Assembly (NCBI RefSeq): GCF_000143415.4
Contig: NW_003314268.1
Location: 936,703-1,000,702, forward strand
Source: Selaginella moellendorffii
Lineage: Eukaryota; Plantae; Lycopodiophyta
Direction: 5' to 3'
Length of the DNA stretch: 64,000 bases
The position numbers and the translations under genes are program-made. This document shows, piece by piece, positions 36,938 through 50,591 of this stretch; position 1 is the stretch's first letter, and every line of letters starts with the position of its first letter. A model generated the notes under the pieces. It saw only the letters and a list, made by a program, of their open reading frames with translations, ran no database searches and was not told where the DNA came from.

Positions 36938-37877
36938 TGTTGCAAATGTGACTTTGGGTATCGAAAGATACTTGTCTGCCAGTCTTTACAGACACTCTTT
37001 CCTTACTACTATGAAGGCAAGAGGTCAGTACAGTTGGTTCTCTTTATCATTCCCACTTGAGCTAGTTGAGAATTTGGTCAATGATCTTGCACTTAAATTG
37101 GATAAATATAAGGTAGGAACCCTATGTGTTTCTTGCTAAGCATACTCGGCCTAGTTTAAGAAACTCGTGTCATTAGCTTGCACTTGTTAGTATCAAGAAC
37201 CCTTGTGATATTGAGATTAGTCCCTCAATATTTGCTAGATGATACCTTACCGTGTTTGCCAAACACCCTCACTTTCATGCCCTTTATGTTAGTCTTATTT
37301 CGGTCTCAAATGCTATTTATAGAAAGTGTTTAGTTTTGCTCATTTGGCATATCTATAGAATATCAAAATTGTCCTGAACATAATGGTGTTTGGCCCATAT
37401 CTAAATTCGCAATGTAGGAACATTCTATATTTAGATATTTAGTAAGTTTCGAGCTTGTCCTAGAGACTAACTCTTAGCACTAAGGGAGGCTTGGGGTGAA
37501 AGCCCAAAGCATGTGTTCCTTAGAGGGCAGGGGGGTGTTATAGGGGGTGTTATGGGGGTTCCAAATGTATGGTAGGGATAATGGTTGGAATGCATATCGA
37601 ACCACCTGAGACATTAGTTTGGCTCTTGCTGGGCTGTGTCGCTCCTTGTTTTGTGTCCAACTGGGGTCTAAGCCCAAGCTCCACACTGCTCTAGTCGGTG
37701 GGGTACCCTCCTCCTTGTGTTAGGCCAACGGTATGCCAAAATTGTGCCAGACACTGTCTGACACTATTTTGCATGCAGGTTCTGAATACAGAGAGTTGGT
37801 GCTCATGGGGTTGTATCGGAACCTCGTTATATAGCACAACAGGTTTGGAGTTCAACTCCAAATTCATGTGTGCTACA
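36938..37877 (+). mobile_element. ~940-bp LTR (tgttgca...tgctaca) preceded by a PPT
   Basis: Terminal inverted tgt(t/a)gca. PPT aaggggaggagag immediately upstream. Homologous to 16740-17481 and 34388-35310. Confidence 0.7.
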
Positions 37878-40800
37878 ATAGTGGACACTTTATGGTAGTT
37901 CACACTTATTCCAGTTAGAGATGGCAACAAGTAAACTTCCATACAGTGCCTAGGGTACAAGGACATTTTTCATGCCTTCTACAAGAGCTCAATTATCAAA
38001 CTACTTTTTCTAAGGAGGAGGATTCGTCATTCACTATAGATATCAAGTCAAGAAGTCTGCCATCCATGGCTCTTCTTGCACAAATCCACATTCTACAATG
38101 AGGCACCGACTTAACATATTTATCTAGCAATAGTGACATCTTCGCCAAGACACACATCACTCATTTTGAGCAATATTGTATGTCGAACAGCATCGTCAAG
38201 GATGATTACAAGCTCTGCAACTTCTTGTGATTGCTCACTAGCCGAGCAGCAACATAAGCAAAGACACTCTTGGAGGTAGACATGGCTGACTACTCCACAT
38301 TCAAAGCATCTTTTTCACTTTGATCAATAGCACTGACAAATTACTTATGGATTTGTTCGCTTTTTGGCAAGGAGCATGTGAATCTGTGCTGGAATATGTG
38401 ATTTTGTTCAGTTTTTACTAGAAGGAGTGTGTCTAGCGCAAGGTCATCACAAATAAACCTCATGGCATCACCACATTCATCTTTAGCCTCAAGGGAAATC
38501 TCCAATGCAAGATGCTCAAGCAAGAGTTTTGGATGTATTGTGATGCATTTGTTGTAGTAAAGGCTTTGGAGTGGGATCTTCTCCAAGAGCTCAAGATTTC
38601 CAAGGTAGAGGAGGCTTTCCTCCTACTTTCAAATGAGAGCTCATGTGCTACTGTGGTTCATTCTTCTCCAGCCCCACACAGCAATGATAGAGTTCCCCTA
38701 GTGATCGAGAAGGTATTGTTAGAGCTTGCAAGATACAAGGAAATCATCCAGCAGCAGTGACAAATGCAAGAGAAGCTACTTGAGGAGTTTAGAGCATGTT
38801 GCATACAGTACGCAAAGAACGAGATGCCCTCCTCATTCTTCGTACTATTTGCATTGTGATGTTATGATGTATAGCATAAAGAGATGTTGGAAGCTTCACC
38901 CAAAACTTTGACCACCTTCTATCTAGCATGTTCAGCAACAACCTCTACCAAACAACACATTTCTTCCATGGCCAGAGATAGATACCAGCAAAAACTAGAG
39001 CAAAAAGCAATCAAAGACACCCCTTTGTCGAGCTGTGGAAAGACACTGATGCACATCAATACAGTTGATGTTGTAGAGGACAATTATAAGGTGGCTGTTG
39101 TGACTCGAGGATGCAAGAAGGTTTCTCTTCTAGCCCCAAATATTGATGGTGAACAGGATCTAGCTCCAGTTTCTAGAACTTCCCCATCTCTCATGGCATG
39201 CAAGTTACCCCATACTTTGATATTTGCAAAACCACCCACATCCTTGGCCATAACTTTGAATCCAACAATTGGATATTTATCCAACTTTCAGTGTGGGGTC
39301 TCCTAAGCTGCCTTCCACTCTTTCTCAAGTCCCACAAAAGGTTCTTTTTTAGATTGTTGACACTCCAGTCCATATCACACTTGGTGAGCTTTTGCAATGC
39401 ATACTCGGTTTTACTCCTTGAGTGTTGATGATGTGCATGTCATGCTGAAGTTTCACAGGGATGCCTGTGGGCTTGGCAAAAGCCCCCAGCTAAACCACTC
39501 ATGATCTCGAAGCATTCTTTGTGGAGGTCCAAATTGGCAATAAATTTTTGATAGCAAAAGCATTACTTGATTTTAGATTCTAGAGCAACATCATCTCCCT
39601 CAACTTGGCACTTTCTAGTGGCTTAGAAGTGGTAAGAAACACAACTATCATCCTCAAAATATTTGCCAATCACTCAATGGTCCCTACAGGCATCTGTCGT
39701 AATGTCAAGATCTTGGTGCAAGGAGTGGTTTCCATGCTAGATTTCCTTGTTATGGACTTCCAACAGCTAGGATCTAAGAAGCTAAAGGACTCCACCATTT
39801 TAGGATGGCTGTGGCACCTCACTACCACTTGCACAACAACTTGGGCCAAGGGAGGATTAATGATTAGCAATGGCATCCATGCAGCAACTCTTCTCAATGC
39901 CCATGGTCATTCTCTACTTCCATCCAGTTTGTCTTAAGTGGATGCTTCTTCCATCACTGAAGTTAACCAGGCTCTCAAGGTTCTTTTCCTAAAACTTATT
40001 GAGGATGACACGCTGTTGGAAATCCAATTTGTTAACTGCAATATGATTGACTTCTTCAACACGGACTGGACTATATCAATACTTGACTTCTTTGCCATGA
40101 CTACACAAGTCCAAAGATCCCTTGGCTTCAACAAATCTGGGGATTTCACATTGATTCCTTCGCTGCAACATGGTGAGGAATTTGTCTAAGTGGTGGATTC
40201 TCCAAACACTTTTCCAACTCTAGCACCACTTGAGGAGTCACTAAGGACCCCTAATGAGGATCTACTAACCACTTTCTTCTAGACAAATAGCCATCTCCAG
40301 TTGCCTCCAGCAAATGCCTTGGAGTGGTATCTGCTGCAGCCATGGATTTTTTGACTTGCTTCCATAGTGTGGAGCTTACATCTTGAGCCTATATCCACCC
40401 CCAAGTTGTACTAACTCTACCTTTATAGAAAATTCCTCAAGATGCATATACTTTAACATACAACCTTAGAAGCTTGCCGACTAATGTGCTCACACCTTCT
40501 TAAAATGCAACTTTTGATCTTGAAATTCTTCACTACCTTCCTCAGAGTCCTCTACATGATCTCAGCATTGAGACAGAGCCTTTTCAAGTGGTACATAGTA
40601 GTTTTGGAGCTGTCAACAAAATAAGGTCACATGACATCAACAACACTTTGGAGAGCACAACTTCTTCACTCTCTTTGAGTACACTTTTGACTTTCCAGCT
40701 TAATGACTACACTCTTGGTGGCACTTTTCACCCCAAAGCTGTAATCAAGCCTTGCTGCTCACTTGGGATATGACCATGACATAAAGGTAGTGGGCATTTT

Positions 40801-41173
40801 CCAGTAGCATCTCGACTTTTCCTTCAAGTTTCTCCCAACTTGGCACCTCGTCTCAGCACTTCCCAAACTTAGGTTCATGGCTGGATCCTAACTTCATCCT
40901 ACTACAACACTTGAAGCATTCTCCAACACTGTCAACACTTCACCCGGCCACCAATCTTCATCAGCAACACACGATGACTTCCACAAATCCTTGGGGACAC
41001 TTTCTACGATCCTCAGAAGGCTCCCATCCTTCCAAGCAGTTCCAGCATCCTAGATTCTCTTACAGTAACATTATTCACCACCTCGGTATGGTCAATGCAA
41101 TGCAGCACTTGAGGGTGACTCGGCCAGTTTCGGTGGCATTCCACGCCTTCTATAGGATGCCTTGCATCCTTCT

Positions 41174-41633
41174 TGTAGCACATGTGATCATGGGATTGGT
41201 AGATTTAGTGTGAAAATGGAGGTGTTAGTTCCTCTTAGCTTAGTAGGGGTTGTTAGTCAATAGTCAATGAGGATATTAACATCTCTAAAGGGGGGGTGAG
41301 TGGACTGCGGTATGGGTGGATGACTAGTTGCTTCATATGGAATAACTAGTCTACACAATGGAAGGATTGGTAGATTCAGTGCGGAAATGGAAGTGTTGGT
41401 TCCTTTTAGCTCAGTAGGGGTTGTTAGTCAATAGTCAATGAGAACATTGACATCTCTGAAAGAGGGGTGAGTGTAGCGCATGTGATCATGGGATGAGATT
41501 TGAGTATACTGTCACCGTGGATCCTTAAAACCTTAGGGGATAAATGGGGATAAAATAGCCACTAAGGGCTCTCTCATCAAGCAATTGCCCCTTTTCCAAT
41601 TGGCTTAAGAGGGGAGAGATAAGGTGCGCTACA
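41174..41633 (+). mobile_element. Second copy of the 5S-less TRIM (5' LTR truncated, interior partly duplicated)
   Basis: 3' LTR 41472-41633 tgtagcgca...tgcgctaca. Interior matches 36590-36759. Flanks cttct/ctcct. Confidence 0.8.
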
Positions 41634-42964
41634 CTCCTGAAATGGTTCCATCATCATCATCCATCACAGAAGCTACTTGCACTACTCTTTCTTTTGGTAA
41701 TGAGATCTTTCCATCTTCACTCATTTTTTAACTTTTTTTTGCTTTTTCTTTTTTTATCTTTTTGCTCTCACTCTTCTTACATCTTTCTTCAATCCAGAGA
41801 ATCACATGGAAAAAGTCTCTTTCCATGATGAACACGCTCTAGCTACATTACTGATTGTATGAAAATTTCTCGACTCTTGCTAATTTGTGCTTCATTTCTT
41901 TTCCTACATCAGTTCCATCCTCACATTTTCATCACCATTCTATATCATCCATACTCTAGAATTCCCTACCACACACTCATACCATCATTGCCCAACTCTC
42001 ACTACACATACCCAATAATATCTTTCACATTTTCCACCATTCATCATCCATTTATACTAGACATTTGGGGACAACAATTCATCATAGAGGATCTTCTAGA
42101 CAAGCAACAACATAAATTAAGATATTCTCATGCACAACATGTGAGATATTCGATGGACTAGTCACATACCATGACTTTCTTCTCTTTGGAGCTTATTTCT
42201 TCTTCTAGTAGGAGAGCCCAATTGTAGAGGGCATCTAACTGCTTTCAAAGGTGTGGCCAACAAAGACAACACCCTTTTCTTTCACAAATGAACCAGTTTG
42301 CCACCTTTTGAGCGGCAGTCCAACAACTTTTGGTGTGAGCAGTAGTTGTGACTTCACATTTCACTATATCAGATTAGAGCCCATCCTTGGACACACTCAA
42401 TCATATAATCTATCTACCAAGATCCCCTATCATCCCTCTCTTCCATTATAGTTCATCTCTTATTTCACAGTTACCACCATTGAACAATACATTCCCTATG
42501 CTTTCTTCTTAATTCTTAGCCGAAATTTTGAGCACAAATTACATGAGCTTGATGTTGTATTAGCATATTCACTTTCCAGAGCGTGGGAGCTAAGTTTAAG
42601 CTTGTTTCCATTTGGTTTTCTTGCTCTTTTTTCCTTATTTTTCCCTCTTTTCCTACTTTTTTTGAGTATCTAATTCAACTACATAATTTCCTATTGAATT
42701 TCCCTGTGTCTCTTCACTTTAAACTCTTTTCCCATCTTGTACTTTCATCTTTATTCAATTTTTTATTTCCATCTCTTGTTTTCTTTTTCATTTCTCTTTG
42801 TTTCAACAATTACCCTCTCTAGACACTATATTCTAGCATATGGGAACATCTCAGCCGTGGGTTCTTACGCACTAGAGTCTTATGCACCCACCAATGGTTG
42901 CTTGTTGTAGCACTAGCTCATTGCCACCTTCTCCTCGTATCACATGTTATAACTAGAGAAACAA

Positions 42965-43165
42965 TTCCTACTCCCACTCTTACCCCTACTCCCACTCCTA
43001 CTCCTACTCTTACTCTTACTCCTATTCTTATTACTTCTACTCCCACTCCTACTCCTACTCTTACTCTTACTCCTATTCTTATTACTTCTACTCCCACTCC
43101 TACTCCTACTCTTACTCTTACTCCTATTCTTATTACTTCTACTCCCACTCCTACTCCTACTCCTC
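42965..43165. repeat. Minisatellite, 51-bp unit x ~3.5, built from ctccta-like hexamers
   Basis: ctcccactcctactcctactcttactcttactcctattcttattacttcta repeated. Confidence 0.95.
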
Positions 43166-44241
43166 AATTGTAGCTATGGGTGTCTTAAGAGAGAGGGAGA
43201 TGATATTTTGATTCTGAAAATATTCCAAATGATTATATAAAAACCACATGAGGATGAAATATCAAGGGTCCTCCCCATTTTCTCTTGGAATTGAGTTTGG
43301 ATCTATGGCTTTATGAATTTGTGTATGAGGGATAGATCCACGGTTGGGGCTAAAAGATGCCCCAACAAATACTCTTCCCACCTTCCACCTCTGGGTGCCC
43401 TAACCATTTGGCTAGAGTGAGGTTTTAATGAGCCATGTTAGGTATCAAGTAGGTAGTGTTAACCACACTTAAATTAAGAGCATCAACCATTTGATCTCTC
43501 GGAAGAGTTAGAGTTTAGCTCTTGAACACTTCACCAAATTACCCCACTTACCTATTTATATTCACTTTAGCCTTAGACTCCTCAATGGGTATATCATCAT
43601 CCACCACATGGGTATAACCTTCATTGGCCACACTAGCTTTATTAGCCAAATTGGTTCCACTAAAGTCCTCCCCCTATTATCCTTTTGGAACTCACTAAAC
43701 TCCTTAGGGTTTAGGAGACCTTTAGATTCAAACTTAAACTCAAACTAGGTTTCGAACTTAGTCTTGTGGGCCTATCTTAGACTTTATTTCAAAGTTTATC
43801 TTGGGTCCATCTTGGACTCTTTTTCGGGCTCTATCTCATGTCTATCTTGGACTCCAATTGGATTGGACCTGGTGGTAATTTTCTAAGAGTTCTCACATTG
43901 CAAAGAATGGAGTATAGAGCAAGCAGTGCATAGCGAAGAAAAAGCAACATGGTGGAAAAAATCAGGGCCAAAGGGCAAAGTCAAGGAAATTATCACTAGA
44001 CTGATGGTTTACAAAAAGTAATGATGCAGAGATTCAACTCAAAGAACTTGAGCGAGGCTATAAAGGAACAGGTAGGACTTGACTCTTGGAAAGTGATGCT
44101 CGAGATTTATGGGACTTCCACATTCAAGATTTGATCAGATCAGTGACATTCTTTTGGCCAAGGAATGGGGATATTGATGTGTGTTCCAGTGTATAGGATG
44201 GGATCCAGGCTTACGTGAAAAACTTGCTTTTGGAAAGAGCA

Positions 44242-44469
44242 ATGGAAATGTTTAGAGAGATGCCATCACCAGATACTGTCTGAACGCAATGATCTCGGGT
44301 CCTTTGATTGCATGCCTTTCCCCCACTGTGGCAAAGGCAGCAATCACGGTTGGTAAGAGGTTCCACCTCTCAGTCTCCAGCGTTGGCTCTATGCTTGCGG
44401 ATCCAAGACATGAGCAAACACAGCTACACAAAAAACAAGAAGAACAGCGAGCAAGTGTACCTCGAGGCT
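44242..44469 (+). repeat. Dispersed repeat with PPR-like start (second copy 49209-49430)
   Basis: atggaaatgtttagagagatgccatcacc...cagctacacaaaaaacaagaagaacagcgagc...cctcgaggct at both sites. Confidence 0.85.
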
Positions 44470-44943
44470 TCACTCTCCTGGATGGAACTAACTTTTTTTT
44501 CTCCAACGTGAACACATGGAACAAGGACAGTGGTCCCAAAGTACGCACGGACAAGTCATGCCTAGACACCACGTAAGACATCGTGAAAAGAAAAACACTC
44601 CAAGGAGATTTTTACTTAGATTGTTGTGTGGGAGAACAGCATGCTATGTGGTTTGATAAGAGGTCATATCGATTTTCTCACTTTCACCACCTTAGCATGA
44701 CATCACACAACACAAATTCAACCCAACGACAATGAGCCCACGGGACTCGAACCTGGACCTCCTAATCGCATCTCGGGAAGATTCCATTTATTTTCTCTCT
44801 GGCTCTGTCGGGCACATCGTCAATGGCGGAGGCGGCGCTACAAACATTGATCGGTTCTTCAAAGTCCAGGCTCTGCCGCTAGGCGTTGGCAGAGTTCTTC
44901 ACGTCTCGCCCATCGATCCGGCGCCGATTTATGCCGCGCTCGA

Positions 44944-45041
44944 TCGATCCAGGTTACTGAAAGTGAAGTGCTGCATTTCTCAGGGATCCTCCTCGATCCA
45001 GGTTACTGAAAGTGAAGTGCTGCATTTCTCAGGGATCCTCC
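44944..45041. repeat. 49-bp tandem duplication
   Basis: tcgatccaggttactgaaagtgaagtgctgcatttctcagggatcctcc x2. Confidence 0.95.
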
Positions 45042-45479
45042 TCGATAGCGCTCCTCCATCGTTCCTTCTCCTCGAAATATCGCTCCTCATCGATCTCCCC
45101 TCCTTCCGCATTCGCGAAATATTTCTCTTTTCTCGAAATATTTCTCTCTACTTGTCGATCGATTCCACTCTCCAGCAATTCTCACCATGACGGAGCTCGA
45201 GAAATCCATGGCGGACGGGGAACACCGCACATCGGACACCCTGCTCGTGAGAATCGCCGAGCGGCCCCTTGCTGTCGCGCTATCTTCTTCCTCACTGCTG
45301 TCAGAGCATCGGATGACGTGGCAGCTTTGAGGGGTTCCCGTGGATCAAAATGTCCGATCACAATGGACAGCTTTGACCCCTTCCAATGTCAAACAGCCCA
45401 CTACTTCCACGAGAACCATGTGAACTCGTTCGCCCTTTAATCAAAAGGTATCGCTTTCTAACGCGGTGATAGTCGAGAT

Positions 45480-47279
45480 TTGGAATCTCTCATCCAACAT
45501 GGATTCGTTGCCGGGCATGTCTCCCGCGGCACTCTCGCTCGATCGCATCAAGCTCCAGCACCGGAGCCGATGCCCGCCAATGCCAGGAAAGAAGCCAATG
45601 CCGCAAAGTCCTCTAATCCCTCTTTCCCCTCCAAGAAAGGTAGCTCCACCCCGGCCTCGATCATCGATCGCCGCGAGCTCCTGGCGGGAACAATCGCCGG
45701 CGGAGCTTCGCTCGCAGCGTCCCCTAGTGGTCCCGCGCTCGCCGAGCCCGTGGGTTCGCCCACCTTCAAGCGCTGCCAGCCCGCCAACATCGCCAACACC
45801 AACACCTTCGTGATGTGCTGCCCGCCCAAGCCCAAGCGCGACACCATCGCCTTCAAGCCCGACACCGGCCCCATGCGCACCCGCCGCCCCGCCCATCTCG
45901 TGGACGAGGACTACATCCACAAGTACAACACGGCCTACGCCAAGATGCGCGCGCTTCCCTCGGATGATCCCCGGAGCTTCCGGCAGCAGGCAAACGTCCA
46001 CTGCGTCTACTGCAACTACGGCTACCACCAGGAGGGCGATCCAAAGTCAACGCTCCAGATCCACTTCAACTGGCTCTTCCTGCCGTGGCACCGCTGGTAC
46101 CTCTACTACCACGAGAAGATCTTGGGCAGTTTGATCAACGATCCAACCTTTGCGCTGCCGTTTTGGAACTGGGACAACCAGGACGGGGGGAGCTACATCC
46201 CCGAGATGTTTCGGCGCGAGGGCACCCCCATCTTCGACGCCAATCGCAACGAGGCAAACTACGCGCCCGCGCGAGTGGATCTCGGCTACGCGTCCGAAGT
46301 CGACCCCAAGTCCAGGCCCAACAAGCCCGACGATCAGATCCGCCAGGACAACATCTCCATCATGTACAACAACGGAAGCGTTCTTCGGCGCTCCCGTAAG
46401 GTACGTGTGCATGGCCAGAAAAAAGGTGACGGAGCCATGTCTTATGCAGGAAAGGAAACAATAACGGTGGGGATGGATCACTGGAGAAAACCCCACACAC
46501 GGCCGTCCACATCTTTGGTGGCAGCCCAATGGCGAGGACCTGGGCAACTTCTACTCGGCCGGGAAGGATCCACTCTTCTACTCCCACCATGCTAACGTGG
46601 ACAGGATGTGGGACGTGTGGAGGTCCCTGGGAAACCATGACTTCACGGACGCCGACTACCTCAACACCGAGTTCCTCTTCTTCGATGAGAACCAGGACCT
46701 CGTTCGCGTCAAGGTGAAAGATGCCACAAGTACGAGTACGCGTCCATGCCCCAGGACAAGGTCTGGATCGACTACAGGCCACTGCCGCTCGCAAAGACGG
46801 CCTTCGCGCAGCCCGTTGCTTCGTTGGTTCCTGGAGCTACTGCTATGGCGGCCGAGTATCCACTCGTGAGATCCTCGTCCCAGAACGCCGAGCCTGTCAA
46901 GGTTGGAGCGGGCCCGCTGACGGTCACGGTGGCGCAGCCCAAAGGCAGCGCTTCGGACGAGCTCCTGGTCCTGGAAGAGATGGTGATTGGGATGCAGAAT
47001 AACACTAACTTCAACGTGTTCATCAATCTCCCTGAGGCCAACGAGAGCACCACGCTCTCCTGCGCTGAGTACGTCGGCTCTTTCTACAACATCCCCCACT
47101 TCATGCCCGGGATGACCGAGTCGAGCACTCGGACCACCAACGCCAGCTTCTCCATCAAGCCCAACGTCGAGATCTTGGGCTTGAAGGACGCGGACAAGCT
47201 CGTTGTCACTCTGGTGCCGCGCGGGAAGGACAAGGAGAAAGTCTTCACGTTCAAGGGTGCCAGAATACAGTACGCTTGA
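45480..47279 (+). pseudogene. PPO: Polyphenol oxidase (plastid/thylakoid-targeted) pseudogene; intron 46401-46449
   Basis: Tat signal RRELL...ALA. CuA HCVYC / QIHFNWLFLPWHRWYLY. CuB PHTAVH / GNFYSAGKDPLFYSHHANVDRMW. DWL- and KFDV-like C-domains (EYVGSF). Start codon reads TTG, and frameshifts occur at ~46374, ~46527 and ~46727. Confidence 0.92.
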
Positions 47280-48620
47280 CTTTTGATGGAGCTGTAACTT
47301 TCGTTCTGTTTAATTTGTTTCTTGTGATTGTAAAAAGAACAGCAGAAAACCAGCTGGCATGGTAAAAGGAAATCGAAATGGTGTTACTTGATGTTGCAAT
47401 TTCCAATGTGAAGATGAAGCTTACGTAGATCCACTATCTAGACCAAAAATGCCACAATGAGAAGTATTCTATCAAACATACGCTGCTGCGAATGAAGACT
47501 CCTTGAGGCTACTGCTCTACGTGGATCTACTTGATCTACAACCTGCAAGGAAAGAACATATGCCACTGTTATCTTTCTTCCTGAATCTCACTTGAGAAGA
47601 AATCTTCATAGGCCGGGCACTGAAGAGATACGAAAGCCCAGAGGTTGAGTCGAGATAATTGATACCTGAAAGATTGTAAAAACCAGGAACTGATCAGGAA
47701 ATCTTTTTCTCTCTTCCTGTAAGTTCCAAGCCTGGTAAAAGTTATAGAAACCGTTCTCTTGACAGGATATTGTCTCCAGAATAGCTTCGATTGAGCTCAA
47801 TATTGAGCTTAGGAAAGGAGCCATACATCTACACGATCTGGATGCCGCAGTGCTAATCACTTCTGGAAGGGCAAATCGCTCCTCCCATGGCAGCGCATCG
47901 GGACAGCATGCCAAGCGAGAGACACATATCTAGAATCTTGGACCAGGCAACTCATCTCAGAAGTCTAAAAGAAAAAGTAAGATGTCCAATCACGAACATA
48001 CAGATTTTCATACAGTGGGTGCGTTGTCTCCCCAGTAAAAGAGCGCGGGAAGGAGCCTGCAAAGAATAAGTTTAAGTGTAAAAAAAAAAAAAAGGAGACA
48101 AAGAAGAAGAAGAAGAAGAAAAGATTGTCTGTGGCGCCCGATGGGGCATACCGTAGCTTTCGCCAGATTTCTAGTCTTGCGTCACTTGCTCACTGATACG
48201 GGAACTCTGGCTCGAGATCAGGTCCCAAGGACAAAGAACAACAAAGACAAAAGAATGAGTTACCGTCCCAAGAAAATCAAGTGCGTCGCATCCCGCCCTC
48301 TGTCAGTGTCAACCTATGGAATCAGTGGAACTTGACGAGATTTGGTAATGATCTACAAACGTTATAGAAAAGGAAAGCTCAAATGAAACAAACTGTTCTA
48401 AGGTCTGTCCTCCTAGCCATGGGAAATGAAGCAGTGGAGGCTTGCTCTCTAAAATCTCTGGAAATGTAACCAAATGAGACAGGACGAAATGTTGCAAGTT
48501 ATGTTTGCGTATAGAATCACATAGTCCAAAATAATTTACTTTGCTTAAGCAAACCAAAAAACATGCATTTAGCTGTTTTTTTGCCAAGAAAAGTAATAAT
48601 TTTGGTGTGAAAATCCCACA

Positions 48621-49143
48621 GTGATGCAGAGAGCACAAGTAAAGAACATGACACAGAAATCACGACTTGTCAAGCACTCGGACCTCGACAACTTACCTTA
48701 TATCGAAGCGGTCTTCAAAGAAGTGTTGCGACTCCATGCAGTGGGAGCTCTTGGCGTTCCCGACTACAACCCATCCAAGACGACACTGGCCGGCTACGAC
48801 ATCCCCAAACACCGGAGCGTTCTCATCAACTTCTGGGCGATACTGGGACGGACCGGAAGCATTTCGCCCGGAGCGTTTCCTGGGCTATCAAGCGAAATCC
48901 CTGCAAGCGCTCATGATGCCATTCTCTGCCGGGCGGAGAACTTGTTCGGGCGTGCAGATAGCTTCCCGCATGGTTCCTTTTGGGGTTGCAAGCTTGCTCC
49001 GTGCGTTTGATTGGAAGAGTGCGCGCGACATCGATTTGTCTGAGAGGTCGGGAACTATCTCTTCTATGCCCGTGTCGGACTTGGTGGCATTCGCAACAGC
49101 TAGGCTGGAAACGTCTGTCTTTATGGCTGACCATGTAATATAA
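48621..49143 (+). pseudogene. Cytochrome P450 (CYP71-clan-like) C-terminal fragment, frameshifted at ~48842
   Basis: DLDNLPYIEAVFKEVLRLH (ExxR), FRPERF and PFSAGRRTC (heme Cys), split across two frames. No N-terminal half. Confidence 0.9.
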
Positions 49144-49649
49144 CGTTGTCCCTCAAAATAACTAGGCATACTCGACAATGTTAGTAGCAGGATTTGCCGC
49201 CTTTGCCGATGGAAATGTTTAGAGAGATGCCATCACCGGATACTGTCTCTTACCAACCGTGATTGCCGCCTTTGCCACAGTGGGGGAAAGGCATGCGATC
49301 AAAGGACCCGAGATCATTGCGTTCCACCTCTCAGCCTCCAGCGTCGACTCTATGCTTGCGGATCCAAGACGTGAGCAAACACAGCTACACAAAAAACAAG
49401 AAGAACAGCGAGCAACCGTACCTCGAGGCTATCAGGCAACGGTTTCGTCAGCCATTCCACAGTGCAATGACATCGGCAGAAGTGGAAGAAGAAGAAGACG
49501 GTGGTGGTGGTGTGGCCGTGAGTGCCGGCGCCGCGGGCAGTGGAAGAACTAAGACTCCCGTCCTGCGCTTCTTCTTGGCGTTTAAATCTACTTCCAAAGA
49601 AAGAAGAAAGATCACTTTACCCCAACGGTTTTCGATCACTCTAACACTT

Positions 49650-50400
49650 CTGACGAGGAATCCAGTGACTTGGAATGCGCTGATAGCCGGCTACAGCCGG
49701 CATGGCGACACCGAGAAGGTGTTCCAGCGGATGCTAGACGAGAGATACCAACAACTAGCGAAATGAATAGAACTTTCTCGTGCTGACTGTGGCCGGGGTT
49801 GCAACACATTCTTGTTCCCCTGCACGCGGAAGCTCGTCACGGTCATGTACTCCCGGTACCGCTCTCGATGTGGATCACGTACCTCGGCGCGCTCGTGGGG
49901 CTGATCGCGTCCAAATTGTCCCCACGGCGTGCACGCAGTTGACCAGGCCACGGTCAGCTTGTCGATGGTTTTTTTTTTGTACATTGCAAGAAGGAAAAAT
50001 CCCGACAAAGAAAGAGTGCAAATTCTAGTCATTGTTTATCAGCGCATTCGCCCTCCACATTCTGGATCCCTAGCGCATTCGCTCGACGCACTCCTCCACA
50101 GGAACCAGAGTCCTCGGCGGGGCAACGCAAAAGCCGCGAATCTTCCTCCTCCTGCTGCTGCTATGGCCGCAGCCAAACAAATCCCTCTTATGGCGAGACG
50201 GATCGCACAGATGCAATCATCCAGAGCCATTGAATTTTGGACGTGCTTGAGAGGATGACGAGGAGGAATGTGGTGTCATTCACGGCCTTGATCCAGGTCT
50301 ACGCGAGAAGAGGCGAGATGGAGAAAGAAAAGAGGCTGTTTGACGTGGTGGCCTGGACGATCATGAGAGATTGTGGAAAATCTGGGACATCGTGTGCCCG
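49650..50400 (+). pseudogene. PPR (PLS-class) repeat fragments
   Basis: RNPVTWNALIAGYSRHGDTEKVFQRM and ERMTRRNVVSFTALIQVYARRGEMEKEKRLFD..VVAWT. Confidence 0.75.
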
Positions 50401-50591
50401 TGAGGAACGCCATCTCTACATATGATCCAAAATTTTGTACCAAAGGAAACGATGGCTCTTGGGATGCTACTGTTTCGGAGAGTCTCAATCCTTGGTAACT
50501 TTGACTTAGGGTATTGTTTTCCCGCCTATTTGACTCTTTGATCAATGGTTTTTCTAGCTATCTTATAGTTATTAACTAATGGCAATGTGAA

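Larger units (their letters stand above)
37900..43900 (+). mobile_element. Highly decayed LTR-retrotransposon internal sequence (gag/protease-like debris)
   Basis: Frame-broken EVQIGN...KALLD and FANHSMVPTGICRNVKILVQG...LDFLVMD (retropepsin-like) at 39520-39800. Purine tract at ~43188. Confidence 0.5.

Noticed and set aside
42898-43173. Extensin/mucin-like or SR-protein ORFs
   Set aside because: By-products of the 51-bp minisatellite, with no gene context.
44732-44770. tRNA or SINE on the minus strand (ccaggttcgagtcccg B-box-like)
   Set aside because: No A-box, D-arm, anticodon arm or second copy is discernible.
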